A program made the translations under genes and the position numbers. A DNA stretch of 64,000 bases from Candidatus Taylorbacteria bacterium RIFCSPHIGHO2_01_FULL_46_22b (lineage in GTDB: Bacteria; Patescibacteriota; Minisyncoccia; Phycocordibacterales; DSPV01), in assembly GCA_001820875.1 (NCBI GenBank), contig MHRF01000005.1, positions 4,910 to 68,909 of the forward strand. The letters run 5' to 3'. A model generated the notes under the pieces. It had not been told where the DNA came from, ran no database searches, and saw only the letters and a list, made by a program, of their open reading frames with translations. Shown here piece after piece: positions 9,380 to 17,853 of this stretch. Numbering within the stretch: position 1 is the stretch's first letter; every line of letters begins with the position of its first letter.

Positions 9380-9886
9380 CTACCCCACAAGAATTCCAAC
9401 CGTGACCCCGATCAGAACCGCAAATCCTCCGACTGTAATCATTCGAATAATCCTCCTGACCCGCCTCGTTCCGGTCAATGTTGCACTCGCCCATCCGAGG
9501 AAAAATAGGGCGATAATCGATAAGAATATAGAAAAGAATATCCCTGTAGCTCCACCGGTAAAGAAATAAGGAGCAAGGACCCAAAAACCAGCAAGAACAT
9601 ATGATACAAACATAATCAGCCCTCCCTTCACCGACTGGGAAATATGCGGCTGATTTCGATCTTCCGATCCGTCAGATGAACTTTCAGAAAGAAAACTGCC
9701 TGCACCCATTGAAAACGCCTCAACCACAATAAGCACGGTGCCACTCAATACAAGGTATGAACGATCAACTCCTCCCGCCGCCACGCCTGCTAAAAACCCC
9801 ACTGTCGAAACAAGACCATCTTCCACTCCAAAAATAAGATTCCTGACGTATATCGGCAACATTCTTTGTTTGGTGTGTTGTTCCAT
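9380..9886 (-). CDS. VIT1/CCC1-family (DUF125) membrane protein, putative iron/manganese transporter
   Basis: NLIFGVEDGLVSTVGFLAGVA is the VIT-family signature; 168 aa with 4-5 TM segments. Confidence 0.6.
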   Translation of the reverse strand: MEQHTKQRMLPIYVRNLIFGVEDGLVSTVGFLAGVAAGGVDRSYLVLSGTVLIVVEAFSMGAGSFLSESSSDGSEDRNQPHISQSVKGGLIMFVSYVLAGFWVLAPYFFTGGATGIFFSIFLSIIALFFLGWASATLTGTRRVRRIIRMITVGGFAVLIGVTVGILVG

Positions 9887-9911
9887 TGAAAATGCTTATC
9901 TACATCTTTCA

Positions 9912-10343
9912 CTATAGCATTTTAGATAAATCCCCGCCGAGTATCACTGGCTTCATTCCCAATATTTCTTCTTTATAACTCACCTCTTCCTGAATTGGGT
10001 TGAGAATATAGATTTTCTTTTTCAGATAAAATGCCACTGCCATTTCGGCAAGTACTGCTCCTCCAATATACCCCTGCTTCCCATTCTTCTCATAATTGAG
10101 AACTAGTATAGAGTCCCCTTTCGCAATTTTATTAAAGTGATGCATCGTCAAAAAAGCTTTGCGATTATATTGGCTTGCATCTTTGTGCCACGTCTTATAC
10201 GTTCCCACTTGCCAATCCCCGCTCCGCTCCATCTTACCCGCAGTCAGAGGAACAAAAACTTTCACCCCCATCTTTTTGAGCTGATCTCTGATCTCGATAA
10301 CCTGTTTATAGAATGACGCGCTGGAACAAAGAGTAACTATCAT
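9912..10343 (-). CDS. nucleoside 2-deoxyribosyltransferase-like fold protein (hypothetical)
   Basis: A beta1-alpha1-beta2 Rossmann-like start (IVTLCSSASF...VKVFVPL) and GYIGGAVLAEMAVAFYLKKKIYIL resemble the NDT/YtoQ-like G..E.G.A...K.V motif. ATGA-coupled to the SET gene. Confidence 0.3.
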   Translation of the reverse strand: MIVTLCSSASFYKQVIEIRDQLKKMGVKVFVPLTAGKMERSGDWQVGTYKTWHKDASQYNRKAFLTMHHFNKIAKGDSILVLNYEKNGKQGYIGGAVLAEMAVAFYLKKKIYILNPIQEEVSYKEEILGMKPVILGGDLSKML

Positions 10344-10834
10344 GTATGATTTCTCCTCTGATACTCTTCTTTAATAAACTTGGGAGCAAAAGAGAGATAC
10401 TGCTTCTGCAAATGTTCAGGTAACGAAAAGAAACTCCCTGCCACAATTTCTGAGCAATTCTTTGAGTTACACATGCAATCAAGTTTCCATTCATCAAACG
10501 CCCGAACTCGGTAATCAACCGTTATCTCATCACCTGCTTTAATTGGTTTAAACGCAAAAGATACAATTTCTTTTTCTCCAAGCTGTTCCACAGTATTTGG
10601 ATCACAGGAGTGATTCACGAAACTGCCTAAGGGTTCCATCAATTCATATATATCTGCATCAACAAAATCTAGAGAATTTCTTTCGTCTTCTGAAAGAGAA
10701 CTTATATTCTCTTTTTTAATAAATTTTCCTCGTTTATATCGGAACACCTCTTCTCCTTTTTTGAAATCTCTCAATGCAAAAACCCCCTTGCCTTGTATAT
10801 TGGATTTCCTCACTTCTACATTGCCTTGCTTCAT
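10340..10834 (-). CDS. SET-domain protein (putative protein-lysine methyltransferase)
   Basis: GKGVFALRDFKKGEEV (SET-N), the invariant NHSCDPN motif, ITVDY, and a post-SET Cys cluster CMCNSKNC. Start taken at MKQGNV (10834); the alternative 10882 would overlap the upstream gene by 40 nt. Confidence 0.75.
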   Translation of the reverse strand: MKQGNVEVRKSNIQGKGVFALRDFKKGEEVFRYKRGKFIKKENISSLSEDERNSLDFVDADIYELMEPLGSFVNHSCDPNTVEQLGEKEIVSFAFKPIKAGDEITVDYRVRAFDEWKLDCMCNSKNCSEIVAGSFFSLPEHLQKQYLSFAPKFIKEEYQRRNHT

Positions 10835-10842
10835 ATAGAGCG

Positions 10843-11244
10843 TTATAACCCTTTCTTCCGATACTCTTTCTTTATCTTCCAATACAGCGCTTCTGTCCCC
10901 GGCTCACCAGCAACACGTTTCTTCATCAGTTTGGCCGGATATTTTTTCTCTACGTGAGCAAGGTGATCAATAATGATTTTTTCTGTATCAAGTTTGAGCA
11001 AGACAGCAATATCTAACGCGTAGGTAAGTACATCAGCAAGCTCTCTTCCTATCTTTTCCACTTTCTCCTTATCATTCTTTACGTCTTCAAGAGATTTATT
11101 TTCCCACTGGAACAACTCAAGCAATTCACCGCTTTCAATTGCAATAGACTTAGCAAGATCAGCGGGTCGTAAATTGTCCCACCCACGCTCTTTGAGATGT
11201 GTAAAAACTTTCTTTTCTAAATCCTTGATACTCTTATTTGCCAT
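10843..11244 (-). CDS. MazG-like nucleotide pyrophosphohydrolase (YpjD-like)
   Basis: LAKSIAIESGELLELFQW...EKIGRELADVLTYALDIA matches the MazG-like EExGEL...E..D.L signature. Confidence 0.55.
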   Translation of the reverse strand: MANKSIKDLEKKVFTHLKERGWDNLRPADLAKSIAIESGELLELFQWENKSLEDVKNDKEKVEKIGRELADVLTYALDIAVLLKLDTEKIIIDHLAHVEKKYPAKLMKKRVAGEPGTEALYWKIKKEYRKKGL

Positions 11245-11407
11245 TAGATTTTTGATATTTACTTTTCACACCACACCATGGGCAAAACCACTCTTTTCTC
11301 GTTTTTGGTGCATCACCCATTCCCCACCAACCAGTACAATTGCCACAACGAAAGTGATGGAACCTCTCGACAGAACAAATAGATTTCTTTTCTGTTTTAT
11401 TTGCCAT
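11234..11407 (-). CDS. small SEC-C-motif zinc-ribbon protein (57 aa)
   Basis: MANKTEKKSICSVERFHHFRCGNCTGWWGMGDAPKTRKEWFCPWCGVKSKYQKSNGK. The C-terminus CPWCGVKSKYQKSNGK parallels the SecA C-terminal CFCGSGKKYKKCHGK. Its ATG overlaps the secA stop by 11 nt and its own stop overlaps the MazG-like start. Missed by the ORF track because it sits inside a longer spurious frame. Confidence 0.4.
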   Translation of the reverse strand: MANKTEKKSICSVERFHHFRCGNCTGWWGMGDAPKTRKEWFCPWCGVKSKYQKSNGK

Positions 11408-13868
11408 GGCACTTCTTATATTTTTTTCCGCTTCCACAGAAACAAGGGTCGTTGCGACCGATTTCTTTTTTGCCGGACGAGACTGGCGCACTGCCTCCAG
11501 CACCGCGCGTGATTTCTGCCGCGCGTTTGCGCACCATTTCCATTTCTTTGTCAGGTGCAGTAAACGCAGACGTGGTAACATTGGGCAACACACGCAAAAT
11601 CTGCTCACCGACGCCCTGCTCCATCTCTTTGAACAATTTAAGTCCCTCTCTTTTATATTCCACCAAGGGGTCTCGCTGACCATACGCACGGAGATTCACA
11701 CTGCCACGCATATAATCCATCACTTCAAGATGATCTACCCAGAACATATCAATCGTCTGTAAAATTAGACGGCGCATTACCGCATAATAGGCCGTATCGC
11801 CAAATTCTGTCTTCTTATCTGTAATTAATTTCTCTGCATCAGCATTCCCCGTACTAACAACGGTAACGTATTCATCAATCGCCTTTGGATCACCGAGTAA
11901 AACTGCCCGCCGGCGTTCATACACAATCTTGCGCTGGTGATTCATCACATCGTCATATTCGAGAACGTGTTTGCGCGCATCAAAATTAAATCCTTCAATC
12001 TTGGTCTGCGCAGTTTCGATAGATCTCGTAATCATCCGATTCTCAATTGCTTCGTCTTCTTTCACGCCGAGACGCGACATCAATCCCTTCATGGTGTCAC
12101 GAGGAAACACGCGCATCAACTCGTCTTCAAGCGAGACATAGAAATGGGTTTCTCCGGGATCACCCTGACGGCCGGATCGGCCGCGCAATTGATTATCAAT
12201 GCGCCGCGCTTCATGTCGCTCCGTGCCAAGCACAAAGAGCCCACCAAGTTTCTTCACTTCTTCATATTCTGCGTCCGTTGAAGGATTGCCCCCAAGCTTA
12301 ATATCAACGCCTCGGCCGGCCATGTTGGTCGCAATCGTAACAGCACTCCTGCGTCCAGCCTGTGCAATAATCTCGCCTTCCCGCTCATGATTCTTAGCAT
12401 TCAAGACTTCGTGCTTCACTCCTTCTCGGGTCAAATATCCTGACAGGACTTCATTTTTAGAAATTGAAACCGTTCCGATGAGCACCGGCTGGCCCTTTTG
12501 GCTCAACTCTTTGACTTTCTTTGCCACCGCCATAAATTTTCCTTTTTCGTTTTGAAAGATCAAATCATTTTTATCAATGCGCACCATTGGCCGATGAGTC
12601 GGAATTGAAACGGTATCAAGTCCGTACACCTTGAAAAACTCTTCCTTCGACGTCAACGCAGTGCCGGTCATACCAGACAACTTCTTATACAAACGAAAAT
12701 AGTTCTGAAACGTAATCGAGGCAAATGTCCGAGATTCTTTCTGAATGATTGCTCCTTCTTTTGCTTCAATGGCTTGATGCAAACCTTCGGACCAGCGACG
12801 ACCAGGTTGGAGGCGACCGGTAAACTCATCCACAATAATTACTTCACCATTTTTGACGACATACTCTTTGTCTTTATGGAACAATGCTTTTGCGCGAGTT
12901 GCGGTCTCCAAGTGATGTACAAATTTAATACCTTTGTCGGTATACAAATTCTCCACCCCAAGCCTCTTTTCCGCTTTTGAAATTCCCTCGTCAGTGAGCG
13001 TAATCGCTTTAAGCTTCCGATCCACCTCATAATCCGTGTCTTCGGTGAAATCAGACACGAGAGATGCAAACGTTTTATACAAATCCTCTGATTCGGACGT
13101 CGCCGAAGAAATAATCAGTGGAGTACGCGCCTCGTCAATTAAAATTGAATCAATTTCGTCTACCACCGCATAATGAAACGGCCGCTGGCGCAGACTTTCT
13201 TTTTCATATTCAAGATTGTCGCGTAAATAATCAAATCCAAATTCGTTGTTGGTGCCATACGTAATATCTGCTTTATATGCTTCCGGACGAGTGCAGGGAC
13301 GCAGACGATCGTAGATCACGCGGAATGTGCTTGTCTCATCATGTGCTTTATCCTCTTCTGGTGTTTTGTGAGACTCATCATATAGATATGATGAGTCATG
13401 ATTGATTACTCCAACAGAGAGTCCGAGCGCGTTATACACTTCTCCCATCCACACCGCATCGCGACGGGAAAGATAATCGTTGACAGTAACGACATGCACG
13501 CCCTTTCCTTCAAGCGCATTTAGATAGGTCGGAAGAGTGGCAACAAGCGTTTTCCCTTCTCCAGTTTTCATTTCCGCAATCTTTCCGTTATGAAGCGTTA
13601 TACCGCCGATAAGCTGAACATCAAAGTGGCGCTGGCCAAGCGTCCGTCGCGCCGCTTCACGAACTGCGGCAAAAGCTTCAGGCAACAGATCATCCAGTGT
13701 CTCCCCTAAAGATAATCGTTTCTTGAATTCTTCTGTTTTTGATTTCAACGCCTGATCAGATAATGCAGAAAAAGACGGCTCTAAACCGTTTATTTTTGCA
13801 ACAATCGGCTCAAAACCTTTTATTGTCTTTGTGTTTTCATCCCCAAAAATATGGCTCAAAAAAGACAT
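11397..13868 (-). CDS. secA: preprotein translocase ATPase SecA
   Basis: Full-length colinear match to SecA (MSFLSHIFG..., HFDVQLIGG, DEAD-like motor, C-terminal zinc finger). Start set at MSFLSHIFG (13868). The ORF-track N-extension contains a terminator hairpin and is rejected. An extended -10 (TGtTATAAT) lies 9 nt upstream. Confidence 0.95.
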   Translation of the reverse strand: MSFLSHIFGDENTKTIKGFEPIVAKINGLEPSFSALSDQALKSKTEEFKKRLSLGETLDDLLPEAFAAVREAARRTLGQRHFDVQLIGGITLHNGKIAEMKTGEGKTLVATLPTYLNALEGKGVHVVTVNDYLSRRDAVWMGEVYNALGLSVGVINHDSSYLYDESHKTPEEDKAHDETSTFRVIYDRLRPCTRPEAYKADITYGTNNEFGFDYLRDNLEYEKESLRQRPFHYAVVDEIDSILIDEARTPLIISSATSESEDLYKTFASLVSDFTEDTDYEVDRKLKAITLTDEGISKAEKRLGVENLYTDKGIKFVHHLETATRAKALFHKDKEYVVKNGEVIIVDEFTGRLQPGRRWSEGLHQAIEAKEGAIIQKESRTFASITFQNYFRLYKKLSGMTGTALTSKEEFFKVYGLDTVSIPTHRPMVRIDKNDLIFQNEKGKFMAVAKKVKELSQKGQPVLIGTVSISKNEVLSGYLTREGVKHEVLNAKNHEREGEIIAQAGRRSAVTIATNMAGRGVDIKLGGNPSTDAEYEEVKKLGGLFVLGTERHEARRIDNQLRGRSGRQGDPGETHFYVSLEDELMRVFPRDTMKGLMSRLGVKEDEAIENRMITRSIETAQTKIEGFNFDARKHVLEYDDVMNHQRKIVYERRRAVLLGDPKAIDEYVTVVSTGNADAEKLITDKKTEFGDTAYYAVMRRLILQTIDMFWVDHLEVMDYMRGSVNLRAYGQRDPLVEYKREGLKLFKEMEQGVGEQILRVLPNVTTSAFTAPDKEMEMVRKRAAEITRGAGGSAPVSSGKKEIGRNDPCFCGSGKKYKKCHGK

Positions 13869-13886
13869 AGAGGAGTCATTATAACA

Positions 13887-13917
13887 CAAAAAGAGACCCC
13901 TAAAGGGTCTCTTTTTG
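13887..13917. terminator. bidirectional intrinsic terminator hairpin
   Basis: aaaaagagaccc-ctaaa-gggtctcttttt: a perfect 8-bp GC-rich stem flanked by an A-run and a T-run. Confidence 0.6.
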
Positions 13918-14229
13918 TGACGGTTATCGGCGTCGTTTGGAAGCTTTGCGCTTCTTTGACTTCTTCGCCTTTGACTTCGTCTTCTTTGCCTTTCGCTTTT
14001 TTGCCATGATGTGGAGTGCAATCGGAGGTGTTCACGTGGCACGAGTCCGATCACAAAAATAAAACTTCTAACGATGGAGTATACAGAGTGCTTCGACCAA
14101 TCGCGGTTAAGGAATAATCACTTTCCGCGGAAACGAGTCTGCATTGACTCACTCTTATTGTATGTCATGCACGCGAGACCACAATACTTTTTGCGAGCGA
14201 ACTGTGGAGAACTTTTTGCAAGCAAAAAA

Positions 14230-15261
14230 TTATTGCGTGCTATTTTCTATGAGACGCACCTCTGGTTCCACCACCACTCCTGTTTTTTCTTTCACAGAAG
14301 AAATAATTTTCTCGGCGAGCGCGCGAACATCAACAGCAGTTGCGTTGCCAAAATTACAAAGGACGAGCGCCTGTTGTCCTGAAACTCCTGCATCGCCTAC
14401 GCGAATTCCTTTCAAGTCGCACACGTGATCAATAATCCAAGCAAGAGACAACTTCATCTTGCCAAATCCTGCAGGAAATGAAACCAGATCGGGATATCGT
14501 TTTTTAAGCCGCGCATGTATTCCTTTAGATACAATCGGATTTTTAAAAAATGACCCTGCTGTTCCCACTTTAGTGAGATCAGGAAATTTCTTGCTGCGAA
14601 TAGAGAGTACCGCAGCACGTACATCAGAAGGTGTCTGCGGAGCTGATCTCTGTTTTGCAAAATATTCTCTCAAATCTCGATATTCGATTGCTGGAAGTCC
14701 CTTTTTTGCAAGGAGAAAGCAGGCTCGAGTCACTACCAGATGTTTCGCTTTGTGTTTAAACACGCTGTCCCGATAGCCGAACTTGCAGGTATTCTTCTTC
14801 ATTCGATACATGGAACCTGTTTTGGGATCAAATACCTCAACCCAAACAATTAGTTCGGCAACTTCCACTCCGTATGCACCTATGTTTTGAATCGGTGTCC
14901 CGCCGACTGTCCCTGGAATCCCTGACAAATTCTCCAGTCCCCACAATTCTTTTTGAGCGGCAAGAGCTACGAGTTCATCCCATGATTCCCCTGCGCCAAC
15001 GACAATCTCTGTTCCCTTTTTAGTCTCGTTAAACTCAATTCCCAGCACATCCATCTTCACCACCACGCCGGAAAATCCCTCATCAGGCAACAAAACATTA
15101 GATCCACCGCCAAGCACTAAAAGCGGTAATTTTTCTTTCTGGGCAAATAAAGCAACTTCTTCAAGTTCTGCAACTTCTCGTACACGAGTAAAATAGCGGG
15201 CTTTCCCGCCAATCTTGAACGTAGTGAATGAGGCCAACGATATGTTTTCTTCCAGTTTCAT
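14230..15261 (-). CDS. murB: UDP-N-acetylmuramate dehydrogenase
   Basis: The FAD-binding N-terminal region (SFTTFKIGGKARYF...LGGGSNVLL) and the C-terminal domain are colinear with MurB. Confidence 0.9.
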   Translation of the reverse strand: MKLEENISLASFTTFKIGGKARYFTRVREVAELEEVALFAQKEKLPLLVLGGGSNVLLPDEGFSGVVVKMDVLGIEFNETKKGTEIVVGAGESWDELVALAAQKELWGLENLSGIPGTVGGTPIQNIGAYGVEVAELIVWVEVFDPKTGSMYRMKKNTCKFGYRDSVFKHKAKHLVVTRACFLLAKKGLPAIEYRDLREYFAKQRSAPQTPSDVRAAVLSIRSKKFPDLTKVGTAGSFFKNPIVSKGIHARLKKRYPDLVSFPAGFGKMKLSLAWIIDHVCDLKGIRVGDAGVSGQQALVLCNFGNATAVDVRALAEKIISSVKEKTGVVVEPEVRLIENSTQ

Positions 15262-15393
15262 ATATGTTCCGCCAAATCATGGCCGGCGGGGCCAGCTCCT
15301 AAAAACAATGTCTTATGTGAGTGCAACCGCCGGCCGTGGCTTGGCACAACTACCACTGTATTATATAGAAAAACGTCTCTAAGGTACAACAAC

Positions 15394-15494
15394 TTGACTT
15401 TTTCCCTGTATCTGCTAATATGGCGGTATGTGAGAGCTGACCGACGTTAGCCCTAACAAATGTCTGCGAGGAACCCCCTTTCGGGGGTTTTTCG
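15394..15494 (+). ncRNA. candidate orphan small RNA with its own sigma70-like promoter and intrinsic terminator
   Basis: TTGACT (15394-15399), a 16-nt spacer, TAATAT (15416-15421), a roughly 60-nt body, then the hairpin aaccccc-tttc-gggggtt followed by tttttcg (15472-15494). No + strand CDS lies downstream. Confidence 0.35.
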
Positions 15495-15510
15495 TTGGCT
15501 ATTTTTGTAA

Positions 15511-15553
15511 AAAAAGAAGAGGCAGCGGTTTCCGAAGGAAACCGCTGCCTGTA
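15511..15553 (-). terminator. intrinsic terminator for the 15579-16661 gene
   Basis: Perfect hairpin gcagcggtttcc-gaag-ggaaaccgctgc, followed on the minus strand by tcttcttttttt. Confidence 0.7.
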
Positions 15554-15578
15554 CGCAGATCAAACCTGCGCGAAACCA

Positions 15579-16661
15579 TCAATCTAATTCCTTCAGAATG
15601 GCATGTACCACCCTCCGTGTCGCAAGCCCATCGGTCTGAAGTGTCCGATTAGCGTGACGAATCATATCGTCGCGATCAGAAATTGAGCGGGTCCAAAGAC
15701 TCCTCCAATCTGATGTGGTACTGACTTCTGCAGCACCGTGCATGGTGACGAGTGGAAACTGTTCCATACCAAGTGCCTCTTTCATCTTCTCGCGTCCTAG
15801 GCGAGAAACCCAACTGACTGGGACGCTCTCAAAATACGGCGCCTCCAGAAGACCAGTTGAGTATACGCTGACCGTGAAGTTCGCCACCTTCATAAGCTGA
15901 CGTGTAGGGACCTCTGGCTCAACAAAGAGCACTTTGCCCCTCCTTGCGCCGAAGAGAATTGAAAGCCATCGATGTCGAAGTTCGTCGTTTTTCATAAACT
16001 TCGGATGAAGCCGGGGAATAAGAACGTAGTCCCCCAATGAAGCTTCGACACAAACATCGAGTGCTTCCACGAGACCTTCGAGCATCGGCGTTGTTGACTC
16101 ATCCTGACCGAGAACGAGTACTGTCTGCAGTTCCCCAGCCATTGGATTGATCATCTCGCTCAAGAGCGGGTTGTCGTTTTCACCTTCAAGTGCATCCATC
16201 GCCGGCGATCCGGTAACGTATATCTTGGGCACGCGGCCAGAAACACAAACGTTGTAAGCTGGGTACTCACGTACTAGCTTCTCGTCGAGAGTGTCAGTCA
16301 CGCAAACGAATTGCGGGACTGCCTGCGAGCGTTTATTCACTCCCCACAGATCGTGCACATACCCAAGCTTGATACCAAAATGGTTGGCCGCAAGTCCGAA
16401 CTTCTCACCGAGGTTAATCGGCGCCCCGAGGCCCGTGAGTACCAAATCAGGTTTGTGATTTCTAAATAGGTCATGGATCTCCAGCTCTGAAAACGCTTCA
16501 CCAGAAACAGTCATGTAGGAGGCATCGCTCCATTTCTGCCGCGAGAGGCCTTCTGCAATGACAGCGCAATCGATGCCGGCCGCCCTCAACATCCCGACAA
16601 CCGGATGGTACACATTGAACTCACCTATATCTTTCGTTACTACGAGTACTCTCTTGGCCAT
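15579..16661 (-). CDS. UDP-N-acetylglucosamine 2-epimerase-like protein (WecB/NeuC family, divergent), GC-rich
   Basis: VTGSPAMDAL parallels the WecB VTGNTVIDAL motif, and STGLLEAPYFESVPVSWVSRLGREKMKE parallels [26 protein letters not shown]; GT-B Rossmann N-terminus. It has a canonical SD (aaggagg) unlike most genes here, and a TTGACA/TAATGT promoter upstream. Confidence 0.45.
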   Translation of the reverse strand: MAKRVLVVTKDIGEFNVYHPVVGMLRAAGIDCAVIAEGLSRQKWSDASYMTVSGEAFSELEIHDLFRNHKPDLVLTGLGAPINLGEKFGLAANHFGIKLGYVHDLWGVNKRSQAVPQFVCVTDTLDEKLVREYPAYNVCVSGRVPKIYVTGSPAMDALEGENDNPLLSEMINPMAGELQTVLVLGQDESTTPMLEGLVEALDVCVEASLGDYVLIPRLHPKFMKNDELRHRWLSILFGARRGKVLFVEPEVPTRQLMKVANFTVSVYSTGLLEAPYFESVPVSWVSRLGREKMKEALGMEQFPLVTMHGAAEVSTTSDWRSLWTRSISDRDDMIRHANRTLQTDGLATRRVVHAILKELD

Positions 16662-16748
16662 GTTGGCCTCCTTTCTAGCCTTTCGGCTGTTGGTTGATTT
16701 CCATTGGTTTAACTAAATTCAATTTAGGCGTACAAATTGCCAACCAGC

Positions 16749-16776
16749 ACATTATCATGAAAATTAAAAATGTCAA
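16749..16776 (-). promoter_or_regulatory. sigma70-like promoter for the WecB/NeuC-like gene
   Basis: On the minus strand, TTGACA (complement of 16771-16776), a 16-nt spacer, then TAATGT (complement of 16749-16754). Confidence 0.45.
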
Positions 16777-16784
16777 TCTATTTA

Positions 16785-16828
16785 CCCAAAAAAGAAAGTT
16801 GCGCGGTCCGAAAGGAACGCGCAACTGC
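16785..16828 (-). terminator. intrinsic terminator for the EamA-like gene
   Basis: agttgcgcg / cgcgcaact perfect 9-bp stem, followed on the minus strand by ttcttttttgg. Confidence 0.6.
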
Positions 16829-16839
16829 GAAAAACTGAT

Positions 16840-17766
16840 TCAAGACAGTGCGATTAAAATCGCACCTAGTGCCATGATTGAGCCTCCAACCAGACGATGT
16901 CTGAAATTGACTCGCTCTCCCACCAAGAAATATGCAAGGATAATGGTGAACGGAATCTGTATGCGGCGTAGGGTTCCCACGTATGGCGTGATGGTGTAGA
17001 GAAACGCAAGATTTGAAAATAGTATCGCCAGACAGAGGACCAACCCTATCCATACTAGCGACCATATTTTCAAATGTGAACGATCACGGCGCAGTGATTT
17101 CAATTCTCCGATCGAACTGCCAAGAATGAAGTTGGCGATGGCGACAATCAAGAAGATACACGCGCCAGCAAGCATCACGTTGCCACTGCGATACGCCATC
17201 GCGTCGAAGTTGAGGCTAAACGTGGCGAGAAATGCCGATAAAAATGCAAATCGTATCCCTGTACTCTTGGTCAACAGAAAAAACGGAGCAAACCACACTT
17301 TCCATGAAACTCGCCGGTTGAGTTCCTTCTGCTTTTCGGCATACGCCTGCATGTTGAGCACGTAAGTGCCAATCACAAGTACCCACACACCTACCCAACC
17401 CAAGAACGAGGGATATTCGTGAAGTAAAAGCATGCTGGTGAAAATCAGCAACACAGGTGTCGTAGCGGAAATGGGCGAAACGAGCGATACATCTTCAAGA
17501 GATTTCGCTTTAACATCTGCAAATTGAATGCCGATATTTAGTGCACCCGTGATGAGCACAGCAATCCACCATCCGGACTGTAACTCCAACCCGCCCACAA
17601 AAGGGATAAAGAGGAACATAAAGCCGACAGCAAGAAAGCGAGTGAAAGCGGTAAACAAAGCGGGAAACTTTTCCCATCCTCTGTTAAGTGCCTGTTTACT
17701 GAAGACATTGAGAAGGGCGATACACAACGCCCCCATGACAACGAGCAGAAATGCGGTGAGATTCAT
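16840..17766 (-). CDS. EamA/DMT-superfamily transporter
   Basis: About 10 TM helices in a duplicated 5+5 arrangement. Start taken at MNLTAFLL. Confidence 0.5.
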   Translation of the reverse strand: MNLTAFLLVVMGALCIALLNVFSKQALNRGWEKFPALFTAFTRFLAVGFMFLFIPFVGGLELQSGWWIAVLITGALNIGIQFADVKAKSLEDVSLVSPISATTPVLLIFTSMLLLHEYPSFLGWVGVWVLVIGTYVLNMQAYAEKQKELNRRVSWKVWFAPFFLLTKSTGIRFAFLSAFLATFSLNFDAMAYRSGNVMLAGACIFLIVAIANFILGSSIGELKSLRRDRSHLKIWSLVWIGLVLCLAILFSNLAFLYTITPYVGTLRRIQIPFTIILAYFLVGERVNFRHRLVGGSIMALGAILIALS

Positions 17767-17853
17767 AGAACCTTTCGGTAGAATTTCAAATGAAAATAGC
17801 ACAAAAGATGTCTTTCGTCAAAAATCTCTCAAAACTTATTAGCAAAAAAGCTG

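Noticed and set aside
11401-12390. Several 60-118 aa + strand ORFs antisense to secA
   Set aside because: They lie fully inside the strongly supported secA CDS on the opposite strand. No homology or start-signal support. These are typical antisense artefacts.
13869-14054. N-terminal 62-codon extension of the secA ORF (ORF-track start 14054)
   Set aside because: The extension spans a perfect terminator hairpin and an extended -10 promoter, and has no similarity to SecA. The conserved SecA N-terminus begins at MSFLSHIFG (13868).
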